In this document: positions 50,442 to 60,364 of the stretch, one piece after another
Layout: each line of letters starts with the position of its first letter
Position numbering within the stretch: the stretch's first letter is position 1
Assembly: GCA_963722255.1 (NCBI GenBank)
Contig: CAVRJO010000001.1
Coordinates: forward strand, 384,001 to 448,000
Length of the DNA stretch: 64,000 nt
Source: Candidatus Babeliales bacterium
Lineage (GTDB): Bacteria; Babelota; Babeliae; Babelales; JANWKD01
Reading direction: 5' to 3'
Program-made: the position numbers and the translations under genes
Notes under the pieces: generated by a model
Told to the model about the DNA's origin: nothing
Databases searched by the model: none
The model's input: the letters and a program-made list of their open reading frames with translations, nothing else

Positions 50442-51626
50442 ATGCCCATGAAGCGATTACCAATTTTTATAAGTAATTTTCCAGAAATGATTAATGATGA
50501 GTATGCTTACATAGATAAAACTGAACAGATTTATAATCTGGTCAAAAATAAGGGATTTTATTTTCTTTCGCGTCCTCGTCGTTTTGGTAAATCACTCCTT
50601 GTTTCTACCTTAAAAGAAGTTTTTTTGGCAAATAAAAAGTTGTTTAACAATCTTTGGATTAGTAACAGCGATTATGTATGGGAAAAATACCCGATTATTG
50701 AAATCGATTTTTCACAGATACCGCGCTTAACAACAGATGAGTTTAGATCTGCGCTCAACCGGCATTTAAAAAACATAGCAGCCGAATATACTCTACTCCT
50801 TCCGGGCGATTTAAATACTCCTGAAGAAACATTGATAACATTGGTTAAAGGACTGAATAAACATACCCATAATAACATTGTCATTCTTATTGATGAATAT
50901 GATAAACCGATTATTGATCATATTCATAGCCATGAAGAAGCTACTAAGTATCAGGCAATTTTAAGAAGTTTTTACACAACCATTAAAAGTCTCGAGCACC
51001 ATCTTCATTTTGTTTTTCTTACCGGCGTCAGCAATTCCAAAAACATCGGTCTTTTCCGGAATTAATAACTTAAACGATATCTCTCTTAAACCTGAAGCTG
51101 CTCAGCTTTTAGGTTACACTCATGATGAAATACAGCATTATTTACACGAATATTGTGAAGAATTTGCACAAAAAGCTCATAAACCTCTCGAAGAAATTAC
51201 GAAACTACTCACCACATGGTATAATGGTTATAGATTTTCAAAATCACCAACTAAAGTATATAACCCTTTTTCAGTACTCTATTGCCTTCATGATAAAGAG
51301 TTTCAAAACTATTGGTTTGCTTCCGGCACACCAACGTTCCTTATAACATTGCTCAAAAAAGAGTATGAATATATTGAAAATATAGAAGAGATTGAACTTT
51401 CTCCTGAAAGCTTTGGCACGTTCGAACTCAATGATATTCCGCTTGTTCCTCTGCTTTTTCAAACGGGATACCTGACCATCAAAGATTTTAATGAGAGACC
51501 GGCATGTTTAAACTTGGTTTCCCGAATTGTGAAGTGCAAGAAACATACAAAGCCTTAATTGGTTTATCATTTATACATACCAATAATGAGATGCATTTAG
51601 AACATGTTGAAGAAGTTTTTAACTAA
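50442..51626 (+). pseudogene. AAA-ATPase/PD-(D/E)XK protein copy 2; frameshifted and lacking the nuclease domain
   Basis: Near-identical to 55675 copy at the 5' end; jumps from GFPNCEVQETYKA to LIGLSFIH..HLEHVEEVFN*. Confidence 0.85.
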
Positions 51627-51850
51627 CAAAAATTCAATGAATTAAAACGACAAATGTCATTCCGAGGCAATCTTATTGCCGTGGGAACCCAGGCAATTAA
51701 ATTATTCTTTACAAAAGCATCGCTAACCAATATCAGTACGGTTCTATAGTATCTTTCAATTGCTTTTAATTTTTCTTTAAGCAGTTCTATTTCTTCTTGC
51801 AACGACGTAATTTTTCTTTCAAACTGTTCACATTCTGACCCCGATACCAT
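51623..51850 (-). CDS. Small coiled-coil protein, originally directly downstream of the ankyrin gene
   Basis: AAGG SD overlapping restored ankyrin stop; FERKITSLQEEIELLKEKLK heptads. Confidence 0.5.
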   Translation of the reverse strand: MVSGSECEQFERKITSLQEEIELLKEKLKAIERYYRTVLILVSDAFVKNNLIAWVPTAIRLPRNDICRFNSLNFC

Positions 51851-51906
51851 TTTACCTTATCCTGATTGATCAGTATTTTGCAAAGCACTTTTCTCCAAAA
51901 GATAAT

Positions 51907-52818
51907 AGACCTCTTCTGAAACTATAAATTTTATGGCATAATCATAATCGATTTATAAAAAAAGGGTAAGCGATTATGAAGTATGAAAAATTAAAAATTT
52001 CATCAGAAAAAAACTTTAGAAGAGTAACTGGAGTAAAACGAAAAACATTTGAAGTATTGGTTTCTATTTTAAAAGAAGCGCAAAAAATAAAAAAGGCAAA
52101 GGGAGGACGTCCAAATAAGCTCAGTATTGAAGAAATGCTTTTGATGACTCTTGAATATATACGGGAATATCGAACGTATCTTCATATTGCGACAAGTTAT
52201 GGCATTGCTGAAAGCAATGCATTTGAAGCAATACGATGGGTTGAAAATACTCTTATTCAAAGCAAAGAATTTAGATTGCCTGGCAGAAAAGCGCTACTGA
52301 AAAGCGATAATGAATTTGAAGTTATTTTAATAGATGCAACTGAAAGTCCTATTGAACGTCCTAAAAAAAACAGCGGAAATTTTATTCCGGTAAGAAAAAA
52401 CGTCATACTATAAAAACTCAGGTAGTTGTAAACAAAAAAACAAAAGAAATTGTTTGTACAAATTTTTCAGATGGTAAACGACATGATTTTAAACTCTTCA
52501 AAACTTCAAAAATTCACTTCGCAAAATCTACTGAAGTTCTTACAGATACAGGTTATTTAGGTCTAAAAAAAATTCATAATAATACTTCTATGCCAAAGAA
52601 AAAAAGTAAAAAAAATCCTTTAACATTAACAGATAAACAACGAAATAGAGAATTATCAAGCCAGCGTGTTTTAAATGAGCATGTAATTGGTATGATAAAA
52701 CGTTTTAAAATAGTTGCTGACAAATATCGCAATCGACGAAAAAGATTTGGGCTCCGTTTCAATCTTATTGCGGGTATCTATAATTTTGAGTTGGTTAAAT
52801 GAGTTTCAGAAGAGGTCT
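51907..52818 (+). mobile_element. IS5-family (ISL2/IS702-like) insertion sequence
   Basis: Perfect 17-bp IR agacctcttctgaaact; AAT target duplication; transposase inside. Confidence 0.92.
51976..52802 (+). CDS. IS5-family DDE transposase, two ORFs joined by -1 shift at A-run 52363-52370
   Basis: FRRVTGV, GRPNKLS, LIDATESPIERPK then KQRKFYSGKKKRHTIK, HDF, DTGY, RVLNEHVIGMIKRFKI. Confidence 0.9.
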
Positions 52819-52832
52819 AATCTTTAACTTTT

Positions 52833-53976
52833 CAGGACTTCCGCAAGAGTATTTAAAGATCTGATCTAGACGTATTTTTAAAAATAAATAGACTCTCCCA
52901 AAACGTTCAAATCAAAGGAGAGCCTAAAATGATCATCTCAAATAATATAACAACTTATCCATTTCTTACAATCCTAATAAATATTGGCAAAAGAAGTTTT
53001 GAAAACATGGGTAGGTTTATTAAAAAAAGTGGCGACACTATAAGTCGAATGTTGCGACCTGGACGGCGAAAGTCTAGAGGCATCAAAAAAAATTGCGCAA
53101 CAAATTTTTGCCAATAAAAAAACTTTAATAGTCAGCAATCGATGAAACGACTATCAAAAAAATTTATTCTCAAATGATGGAAGGCACGGGGTGGCTTTTT
53201 GACACCAAAATTGGCAGAAGTGATTAATGCGTATAAGCTGATTATTGCATCGATTACAGATGGCAAGTTCACTGTGCCAATATGCGCTGCTTTTACATTT
53301 GGTAAGAGAATTTTATAAAAATCCAAGTGAAGCATAAGAATCACTGTAAAATTTTTTATTAAAACTGCTCAGGACCTTTTTCCTAGTATAAAAATTATAG
53401 CTTTTTTGGATGGGGCATTTGCCACTGTAAACTATCTAAAATGGGCTATAGAAAATAACATTGCAACTGAAGTGCGAATGCACAGTAATCGAGTTGTTGA
53501 GTATAAAGGTAAAAAGAAAAAGCTACGAGAAATAAAAGAAATAAGACCAAAGGGCAGACAAATGGCTCGAACGGTTTAAGTTATTTGGCAAGGTCTTTCT
53601 CTGGATGTTACAGCTGTAAGGCGCATTGATAAGCATGGCGATGAAACAATCGTTTTCCAAGCGGCTACTTATAAAGCAACGCCAAGCCAACATGCTAAAA
53701 ATTATAAATGGCGTTGGGGCATAGAAAAATTATATAGAACGACAAAGCAAAGTATAGGATTACAAGAATGTTTTTCAAGAAAAATAGGTACACAATTTGA
53801 TCATATTTGTGCTGTATTATTAGCTTATTCAATCGCTCAACTGGAAATGAAAAAAAATGGATTATAAAAATGCAGAAGACGCTATCAGAGCTTTTAAGAA
53901 AAAAAATCCTGCTTTTTTAAATCGATGAATTATGGCTCTAGATCAAAACAATGCTAGTGTTTATGCGTAATTCCTG
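52833..53976 (+). mobile_element. IS701/IS4-like insertion sequence with disrupted DDE transposase (about 52929-53970)
   Basis: Imperfect IR caggacttccgca / tgcgtaattcctg; 7-bp duplication AACTTTT; AIDETTIKKIYS, FLDGAF, YKWRWGIEKLYRTTKQSIGL across frames. Confidence 0.85.
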
Positions 53977-55467
53977 AACTTTTTCATTCTTTGCATAATC
54001 AATTGCAGTTTTACCTTCATTATCGCGGATATCAACTCGAGCACCTTTTTCAATTAACCATGATATAGGCCTTATAGGATCAATCCTTATTATTTCTTCA
54101 GGTGTAGCTTCAACTAAATACATTAACGCTGTTTTACCATGCTTATCTTGAATATTAAGATCAACTGTTCCCCAGTAGGCATCAATGGCTTTTATAAGAT
54201 TTCTAAATATCGCATGAAAACTGCATATAACATCCGGATGCCTGCTGCAGATATCATGCCTATCGCGAATGTAAAATCTTTCAGCAACAATCATAAAAAG
54301 CGTCTGATCTAAATCTCCCAACTGTTTATTTAAATCAAAATATTCAGTTCTACGAATATAATCATGTGGATCTACCCATCGTGCATGTAAACTTTCAAAA
54401 GCAGATTCAGTTTCATCATTACGCTTTTTTGTAAGTAATTTGAGATTTACTTCTTTTGCTTCTAATAAAAAATTCTTCACTTTTTTGTTTTTTGCATAAT
54501 CAACCGCTGCTTTACCTTCATTATCTTGTAGAGTTATATAAGCACCTTTATCTAATAACATCTGTATTGGTTTAATAACATCACGATCAGTTTGTTCCGG
54601 AGTTGCTTCTACTAAATACATTAACGCAGTTTTTCCATTGGCATCTTGAATATTTACATCAATCCCGGGGACATCAAGCACCTTTGGTAGCATCCTTTGA
54701 TTTCTCCAAGGATCGCATTTGCCGTGAGCTGTGCACGGCTCACGATATTCAACCCAATAACTTTGAGCAACAGGCATCAAAACCGTTTGTTTAAGTTCAC
54801 CAAAGGGAATATTTAAGTTAACCTTACGTGAAATTAAGGTGTTCACTATAATTAAATTTACTGAACCATAAGACGCACCAAATCTTTTCATAGAATTAGC
54901 AATACGTATTTGAGAATAATAGTCTTTATTACCAGATTCTGTTTCTAATAAATATTTTTTAACTTTATCATCTTGTGCATAATCAAGAGCCGTCTTACCC
55001 TCATGATCTTTTATACGAAGATCAGCACCTTTAGAAAGTAAATTCTGAATTGAATCAATTATGCCCATGGAGCTATAATATTTGGCCCCTGGAGGATTAT
55101 TTTCTACTAAATAGATCAACGCCGTTTTCCCTTTTTTATCTTGAGCATTTACATCGATACCCGGCTTGTTAGCAAGCTCATTAAATAATCCCGAATTTCC
55201 AACACGAACTCCGCCATAAGGCATTGGCATATAAATCGAATATCTTTGTGCAAAAATCATTAAAGGTGTTTGTTCAAGCGGCCCACCGGTTTTATTTACA
55301 TCAGCCCCTTGTGCAACAAGCTCTTTTACACGATCATATATATCAACCGTTGGCTCATTACTCAGTATAAAATCAACAAGCGATTGATTAGAATCTTCGG
55401 CATTAGACCTCATTGTAATGAACAATATCAACATAAAAACAATTTTAATAAGGCTATTTTTTGCCAT
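53938..55467 (-). CDS. Secreted ankyrin-repeat protein of three tandem modules; C-terminus interrupted by IS
   Basis: Three copies of QTxxM...D(V/L)NxQDxxGKTAL(I/M)YLVE...KGA...DxEGKxAxDYA; signal MAKNSLIKIVF...SNA. Confidence 0.9.
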   Translation of the reverse strand: MAKNSLIKIVFMLILFITMRSNAEDSNQSLVDFILSNEPTVDIYDRVKELVAQGADVNKTGGPLEQTPLMIFAQRYSIYMPMPYGGVRVGNSGLFNELANKPGIDVNAQDKKGKTALIYLVENNPPGAKYYSSMGIIDSIQNLLSKGADLRIKDHEGKTALDYAQDDKVKKYLLETESGNKDYYSQIRIANSMKRFGASYGSVNLIIVNTLISRKVNLNIPFGELKQTVLMPVAQSYWVEYREPCTAHGKCDPWRNQRMLPKVLDVPGIDVNIQDANGKTALMYLVEATPEQTDRDVIKPIQMLLDKGAYITLQDNEGKAAVDYAKNKKVKNFLLEAKEVNLKLLTKKRNDETESAFESLHARWVDPHDYIRRTEYFDLNKQLGDLDQTLFMIVAERFYIRDRHDICSRHPDVICSFHAIFRNLIKAIDAYWGTVDLNIQDKHGKTALMYLVEATPEEIIRIDPIRPISWLIEKGARVDIRDNEGKTAIDYAKNEKVQELRINTSIVLI

Positions 55468-55674
55468 GAGTGACCCCTGATTTAAAAATAAACTTTCTTT
55501 ATAGTAAACAGTATAACAATATTTAATTTCTAATTGCAACAATATCAACAACCTCAAAAGAAGGTTTGACTTAATGAAAAACAACCCATGTATAGATCTT
55601 GGTATTATTATTCGTCTATGATAATCTTTAGTTAAGAAGTTAAAATTTTTTCCTAATAACCTACGCAGAAACTC

Positions 55675-57234
55675 ATGAAACGATTACCGATTTTTATAAG
55701 TAATTTTCCAGAAATGATTAATGATGAGTATGCTTACATAGATAAAACCGAACAGATTTATAATCTGGTCAAAAATAAGGGATTTTATTTTCTTTCGCGT
55801 CCTCGTCGTTTTGGTAAATCGCTCCTTGTTTCTACCTTAAAAGAAGTTTTTTTGGCAAATAAAAAGTTGTTTAACAATCTTTGGATTAGTAACAGCGATT
55901 ATGTATGGGAAAAATACCCGATTATTGAAATCGATTTTTCACAGATACCGCGCTTAACAACAGATGAGTTTAGATCTGCGCTCAACCGGCATTTAAAAAA
56001 CATAGCAGCCGAATATACTCTACTCCTTCCGGGCGATTTAAATACTCCTGAAGAAACATTGATAACATTGGTTAAAGAACTGAATAAACATACCCATAAT
56101 AACATTGTCATTCTTATTGATGAATATGATAAACCGATTATTGATCATATTCATAGCCATGAAGAAGCTACTAAGTATCAGGCAATTTTAAGAAGTTTTT
56201 ACACAACCATTAAAAGTCTCGAGCGCCATCTTCATTTTGTTTTTCTTACCGGCGTCAGCAAGTTTGCAAAAACATCGGTCTTTTCCGGAATTAATAACTT
56301 AAACGATATCTCTCTTAAACCTGAAGCTGCTCAGCTTTTAGGTTACACTCATGATGAAATACAGCATTATTTACACGAATATTGTGAAGAATTTGCACAA
56401 AAAGTTCATAAATCTCCTCAAGAAATCATGCAACTACTCACTAGTTGGTACAATGGCTATAGGTTTTCTGAATTAACCACTAAAGTATATAACCCTTTTT
56501 CAGTGCTCTATTGCCTTTATGATAAAAAATTTCAGAACTACTGGTATGCTTCGGGCACACCAACGTTTCTTATAACACTGCTCAAAAAACAATATGAATA
56601 TATTGAAAATGTGGAAGAAAGTGAGCTTTCTCCTGAAAGCTTTGGCACCTTTGAACTCAATGATATTCCGCTTGTTCCTCTGCTTTTTCAAACGGGATAC
56701 CTGACCATCAAAGATTTTAATGAACAAACTGGCATGTTTAAACTTGGTTTCCCGAATTATGAAGTTAAAGAATCATTTACAAAGTTTATTGTAACAACGT
56801 TAGCCCAAGCTTCAATATCAACCGTTGATGCTGCACTTGGTAAGTTTCGTGCTGCTTTAAAAAACAATGATCTCGATTTATTTTTTAGGACCTTACAAAA
56901 TCTTTTTGCTCACGTCCCGTACTCTATTCTTAAAGAAAGCTATTACCATGCATTATTTCAATTTTTATTGCGACTCTTATCTATAGAGGCACAATCGGAA
57001 ATTTTAACCAATACCGGACGGATTGATACGGTTTTAATCACTAAAACTCATGTTTATATTTTTGAACTTAAACTTAACAAATCTCCGCAAGTAGCATTAC
57101 AACAGATTAAAGATAAAAAGTATTATGAACGATATCTTTCCAGCGGCAAACAGATCATCTTAGTCGGTTTATCTTTTATACATAGCGATGATGAGATGCA
57201 TTTAGAACACGTTGAAGAAGTTTTTAACTCATAA
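55675..57234 (+). CDS. AAA-ATPase-like + PD-(D/E)XK nuclease protein, copy 3 (intact)
   Basis: YIDKT, SRPRRFGKS, IDEYDKP, ESYYH, GRID..IFELK, ALQQIKDKKY. Confidence 0.9.
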   Translation: MKRLPIFISNFPEMINDEYAYIDKTEQIYNLVKNKGFYFLSRPRRFGKSLLVSTLKEVFLANKKLFNNLWISNSDYVWEKYPIIEIDFSQIPRLTTDEFRSALNRHLKNIAAEYTLLLPGDLNTPEETLITLVKELNKHTHNNIVILIDEYDKPIIDHIHSHEEATKYQAILRSFYTTIKSLERHLHFVFLTGVSKFAKTSVFSGINNLNDISLKPEAAQLLGYTHDEIQHYLHEYCEEFAQKVHKSPQEIMQLLTSWYNGYRFSELTTKVYNPFSVLYCLYDKKFQNYWYASGTPTFLITLLKKQYEYIENVEESELSPESFGTFELNDIPLVPLLFQTGYLTIKDFNEQTGMFKLGFPNYEVKESFTKFIVTTLAQASISTVDAALGKFRAALKNNDLDLFFRTLQNLFAHVPYSILKESYYHALFQFLLRLLSIEAQSEILTNTGRIDTVLITKTHVYIFELKLNKSPQVALQQIKDKKYYERYLSSGKQIILVGLSFIHSDDEMHLEHVEEVFNS

Positions 57235-57314
57235 GATTAGCTTTTTTTGTTAAACTAATTAGACTAAAAAGAGCTGTTGTATAAAGAGTTTTTCCATCTT
57301 TAAGGAATCATACT

Positions 57315-58049
57315 ATGCAGGAAAATCGTCCTAAAAATTTTAGAAGAATCATCGTTGAAGGAAATATAGGCGCAGGCAAATCAACCTTTTTGCGCTTACT
57401 CCAAAACCATTTTTCTGCTCAATTTGTTTTCGAGCCTCATGAACAATGGCAAAATGTAGGTGGACACAACCTTTTAGATAAATTTTATACTGAACAAAAA
57501 CGTTGGGCTTATACCTTTCAGTCCTACGCTTTTGTAACACGCATGAGAGCAGATGAACAAGCTCTCAAAAACAACAACCACAATACACTCATAGTAGAAC
57601 GATCAGTATTTTCTGATCGTTATTGTTTTGCAAAAAACTGTTTTGAAATGGGCGTTATAACTCCTTTGGAATGGCAACTATATCAAGATTGGTTTGAATG
57701 GCTCGTTGAAACGCAAAATTATATTCCTGATGGATTTGTATATCTTAAAACTGATCCAAAAATCTGCCACCAACGAATGATGAATCGCAATAGAAGTGAA
57801 GAATCTGCCGTAAGTCTTGAATACCTCACTATGATTCATCAAAAGCATGAAGATTGGCTTATTAAGAAAATTGGTATCCCAAACTATTTACTCCATGTCC
57901 CTGTTTTAAGTTTAGAATGCGATACAGATTTTGAATTTGATTCTACTGAACTTCAAAAACATTTTCTTGCTATTGAAGAATTTTTCAACATCCCCACAAT
58001 GCATAAAGAGAATGATCTATCCTTTGAATCAAGGGCCAATGTGCAATAG
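57315..58049 (+). CDS. Deoxynucleoside kinase (dNK family)
   Basis: EGNIGAGKST, EPHEQW, RWAYTFQ, ERSVFSDRYCF, RNRSEE. Confidence 0.93.
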   Translation: MQENRPKNFRRIIVEGNIGAGKSTFLRLLQNHFSAQFVFEPHEQWQNVGGHNLLDKFYTEQKRWAYTFQSYAFVTRMRADEQALKNNNHNTLIVERSVFSDRYCFAKNCFEMGVITPLEWQLYQDWFEWLVETQNYIPDGFVYLKTDPKICHQRMMNRNRSEESAVSLEYLTMIHQKHEDWLIKKIGIPNYLLHVPVLSLECDTDFEFDSTELQKHFLAIEEFFNIPTMHKENDLSFESRANVQ

Positions 58050-58078
58050 AATAATGCTAAATTAGGAAAGTAGTAAAG

Positions 58079-59104
58079 ATGCAAAGAGCAAAAAAACAGT
58101 TGGTTCTTAAAAAATATACCTATTATATCTTCTTGAGTAGCATATTTTTATTAAATTTTAATGCTCTCAATACTATGGAAAATAATAATAAGCATAGAAA
58201 TAAAAGAAATAAAAGTTGTTTATCGACAAAACCCCAACCTAAACTTCAACCTAGTGAAAAATTTTTAACAAGCAATCCCAATCAAATTGATTATTTTAGT
58301 TCATTACCCATTGAATTAATCGCTTTTATAACTTTATTATTGCTTGAAAATCCTCTTAACCAAGAGAAACAATATCCTGATTTTGATATAGCGTTACGCG
58401 CTGTTTTACAAGATGTTACCTCTTTTGCATTAATAAACAAGGCCATGATGTTGATTTTTTCAGATACTGAATCTGATTTTGCAAAGCAGGCTGCAACTTA
58501 TCTTACTAACAATATCACCATCAAAATTGTACTATCGAGAGATTTTTCAAAAATAAATAATCGAGATAAATTAATTGTACCTTTTTTAAAAGTTGCCCTT
58601 AAAAATCATAGAGATTATCTTTTAAAACAATTTCAAATCAATCTCAAATGGATGGAGTCTTTAAAGCAGCACACGGCAGAAGCACTAAAAACGCTCAAGG
58701 ATTATCAAGAATTAACTTATGCTCCACATGAATATACAATATTTGGCCTAAATGGCTTTGCTTTAGACAGCATTTCTACTTTATTTACAATTTTTTATAG
58801 CGGTGTAGAGCTGAAAAAAATACATTACAATAGTAGTATACAGGTAAAAAAATTCTACGATTGGCATTTCGAAAGGAGATCGCACTATTGCACACTACTT
58901 TCATTTGCTCTTGATATGGTTAATTTTAGTAAGCTCCAGGATAAACCCTTTGATTTTATTAAACTACTTATAGCTCAAGGCGCTGATCATAGCAGGATCT
59001 GTACAATACCTACGTGTAAATATCCTACACCATGGCAAGAAGCTAAAGAAATTCAAACAAAAGATCCAAGAATTTTAGCTCTATTTGATGACAATACCAA
59101 TTAA
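58079..59104 (+). CDS. Secreted protein with F-box-like motif and C-terminal ankyrin-like segment
   Basis: Signal LNT|MENN; DYFSSLPIELIAFI; FIKLLIAQGAD. Confidence 0.6.
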   Translation: MQRAKKQLVLKKYTYYIFLSSIFLLNFNALNTMENNNKHRNKRNKSCLSTKPQPKLQPSEKFLTSNPNQIDYFSSLPIELIAFITLLLLENPLNQEKQYPDFDIALRAVLQDVTSFALINKAMMLIFSDTESDFAKQAATYLTNNITIKIVLSRDFSKINNRDKLIVPFLKVALKNHRDYLLKQFQINLKWMESLKQHTAEALKTLKDYQELTYAPHEYTIFGLNGFALDSISTLFTIFYSGVELKKIHYNSSIQVKKFYDWHFERRSHYCTLLSFALDMVNFSKLQDKPFDFIKLLIAQGADHSRICTIPTCKYPTPWQEAKEIQTKDPRILALFDDNTN

Positions 59105-59159
59105 TTCCTGACAAAAAGTGAATAAATTATTAAAAAAAACAAAAAAAATGCTTTCAGCC

Positions 59160-59189
59160 TTGCAAAATTGAAACAAAGAGAGTTACAAT
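59160..59189 (+). promoter_or_regulatory. Candidate promoter for atpE operon
   Basis: TTGCAA-N18-TACAAT. Confidence 0.5.
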
Positions 59190-59237
59190 GGTGTATTAGT
59201 GTAGCTCTTATAAAACGTGTCATTATAAAGGAATACT

Positions 59238-59483
59238 ATGGAAGGTATACTTATCGCTAAAGCGGCAGCACTTATTGGGTCTGCTTTTGTTATGGGCATT
59301 GGATGTATTGCGCCAGCTTATGGTCAAGGTTTGATTGGAGCTGAAGCCTGTAAAAATATAGGCAAATATCCCCAAAGTTCTAAAGAAATAAGAACAACTA
59401 TGCTTTTAGCTATGGGTATTGTTGAATCATCTGCAGTATACGCATTATTAATTGCTCTATTGTTGTTATTCTTACGTTCATAA
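59238..59483 (+). CDS. atpE: ATP synthase F0 subunit c
   Basis: Two-helix hairpin, PAYGQG, KYP loop, VESSAVY. Confidence 0.93.
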   Translation: MEGILIAKAAALIGSAFVMGIGCIAPAYGQGLIGAEACKNIGKYPQSSKEIRTTMLLAMGIVESSAVYALLIALLLLFLRS

Positions 59484-59514
59484 AAAGTAAATAGTCCTAT
59501 AGCGTAAGGCATCT

Positions 59515-59877
59515 ATGGATATTAATTTTACCTTTTTTGTACAACTTTTTCATTTTTTTATAGCCTATCAGATTATCGAAAAGCTATTTTGTAAGCCCAC
59601 AATCAGAGCAATTGAAAAGGAAAAAAAATCGTATTCCGATCTTATTGCTCAAATAACCTTACAACAACAAGAGCTTACAAAAAAAGAGGAATATAAACAA
59701 ACCGAATGGGATCGAATTAAACTTTTTTTTTCACAATCACTTCCTGTGGTAACAAAGAAAAAAGCTGCTCAACCAACCCAACCTATTCCAATGCCCTCAT
59801 TATCGGATCATGAAAAACGTGAATATCAACAAAAAATAGAGACTTTCTTGATGCAAAGGCTTCGTAATGTTGTATAA
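59515..59877 (+). CDS. atpF: ATP synthase F0 subunit b'-like
   Basis: MDINFTFFVQLFHF..KLFCKP resembles subunit b N-terminus; operon position. Confidence 0.7.
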   Translation: MDINFTFFVQLFHFFIAYQIIEKLFCKPTIRAIEKEKKSYSDLIAQITLQQQELTKKEEYKQTEWDRIKLFFSQSLPVVTKKKAAQPTQPIPMPSLSDHEKREYQQKIETFLMQRLRNVV

Positions 59878-60364
59878 AGTTTTTTCTCTAACAACATTTT
59901 TTCGTCTTGTGAATTTTATTGCTTTTGCAGGATTAGCAGTTTATTTATTTAAGCGATATCTTCTACCATCACTTTACAAACAAATTCATGAGAAAAAACT
60001 TTTATTACAAAATCTAGAGCATCAAAAACAAGGTATCAAATATCAATTAAACAATCTCGATCAAGCAATTGAACAACAAAATTTTCTTGGGCAAGAACTT
60101 ACACAAAAAATAAAAATCTGGGCAACCTATGTTCACACAAAAAATGAACAAGAACAGCTTGAACAACGTATAAATCAAGCAAAAATAGATAAAAAAACTG
60201 AGATTAAGAATCAAAAGCTACTCTTTGAACATGCTAATAAAGAATTTGTTCCTAAACTTATAAAAACGGTTGAACATGAGCTTGCACAAGAGTTTGAACA
60301 ACCCGATCAAGCAAAAAAATATAGTAATACTATTTTACGCTTTATAGAAGAAAGCTCACAATGA
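59867..60364 (+). CDS. atpF: ATP synthase F0 subunit b
   Basis: FRLVNFIAF TM then coiled-coil; operon position. Confidence 0.75.
   Translation: MLYKVFSLTTFFRLVNFIAFAGLAVYLFKRYLLPSLYKQIHEKKLLLQNLEHQKQGIKYQLNNLDQAIEQQNFLGQELTQKIKIWATYVHTKNEQEQLEQRINQAKIDKKTEIKNQKLLFEHANKEFVPKLIKTVEHELAQEFEQPDQAKKYSNTILRFIEESSQ

Noticed and set aside
51906..52819. TA target duplication for the IS5-family element
   Set aside because: An AAT duplication restores the interrupted reading frame exactly, so it is preferred
50442..57234. Prophage or integrative element
   Set aside because: No integrase, phage structural or conjugation genes; explained by duplication plus two IS insertions
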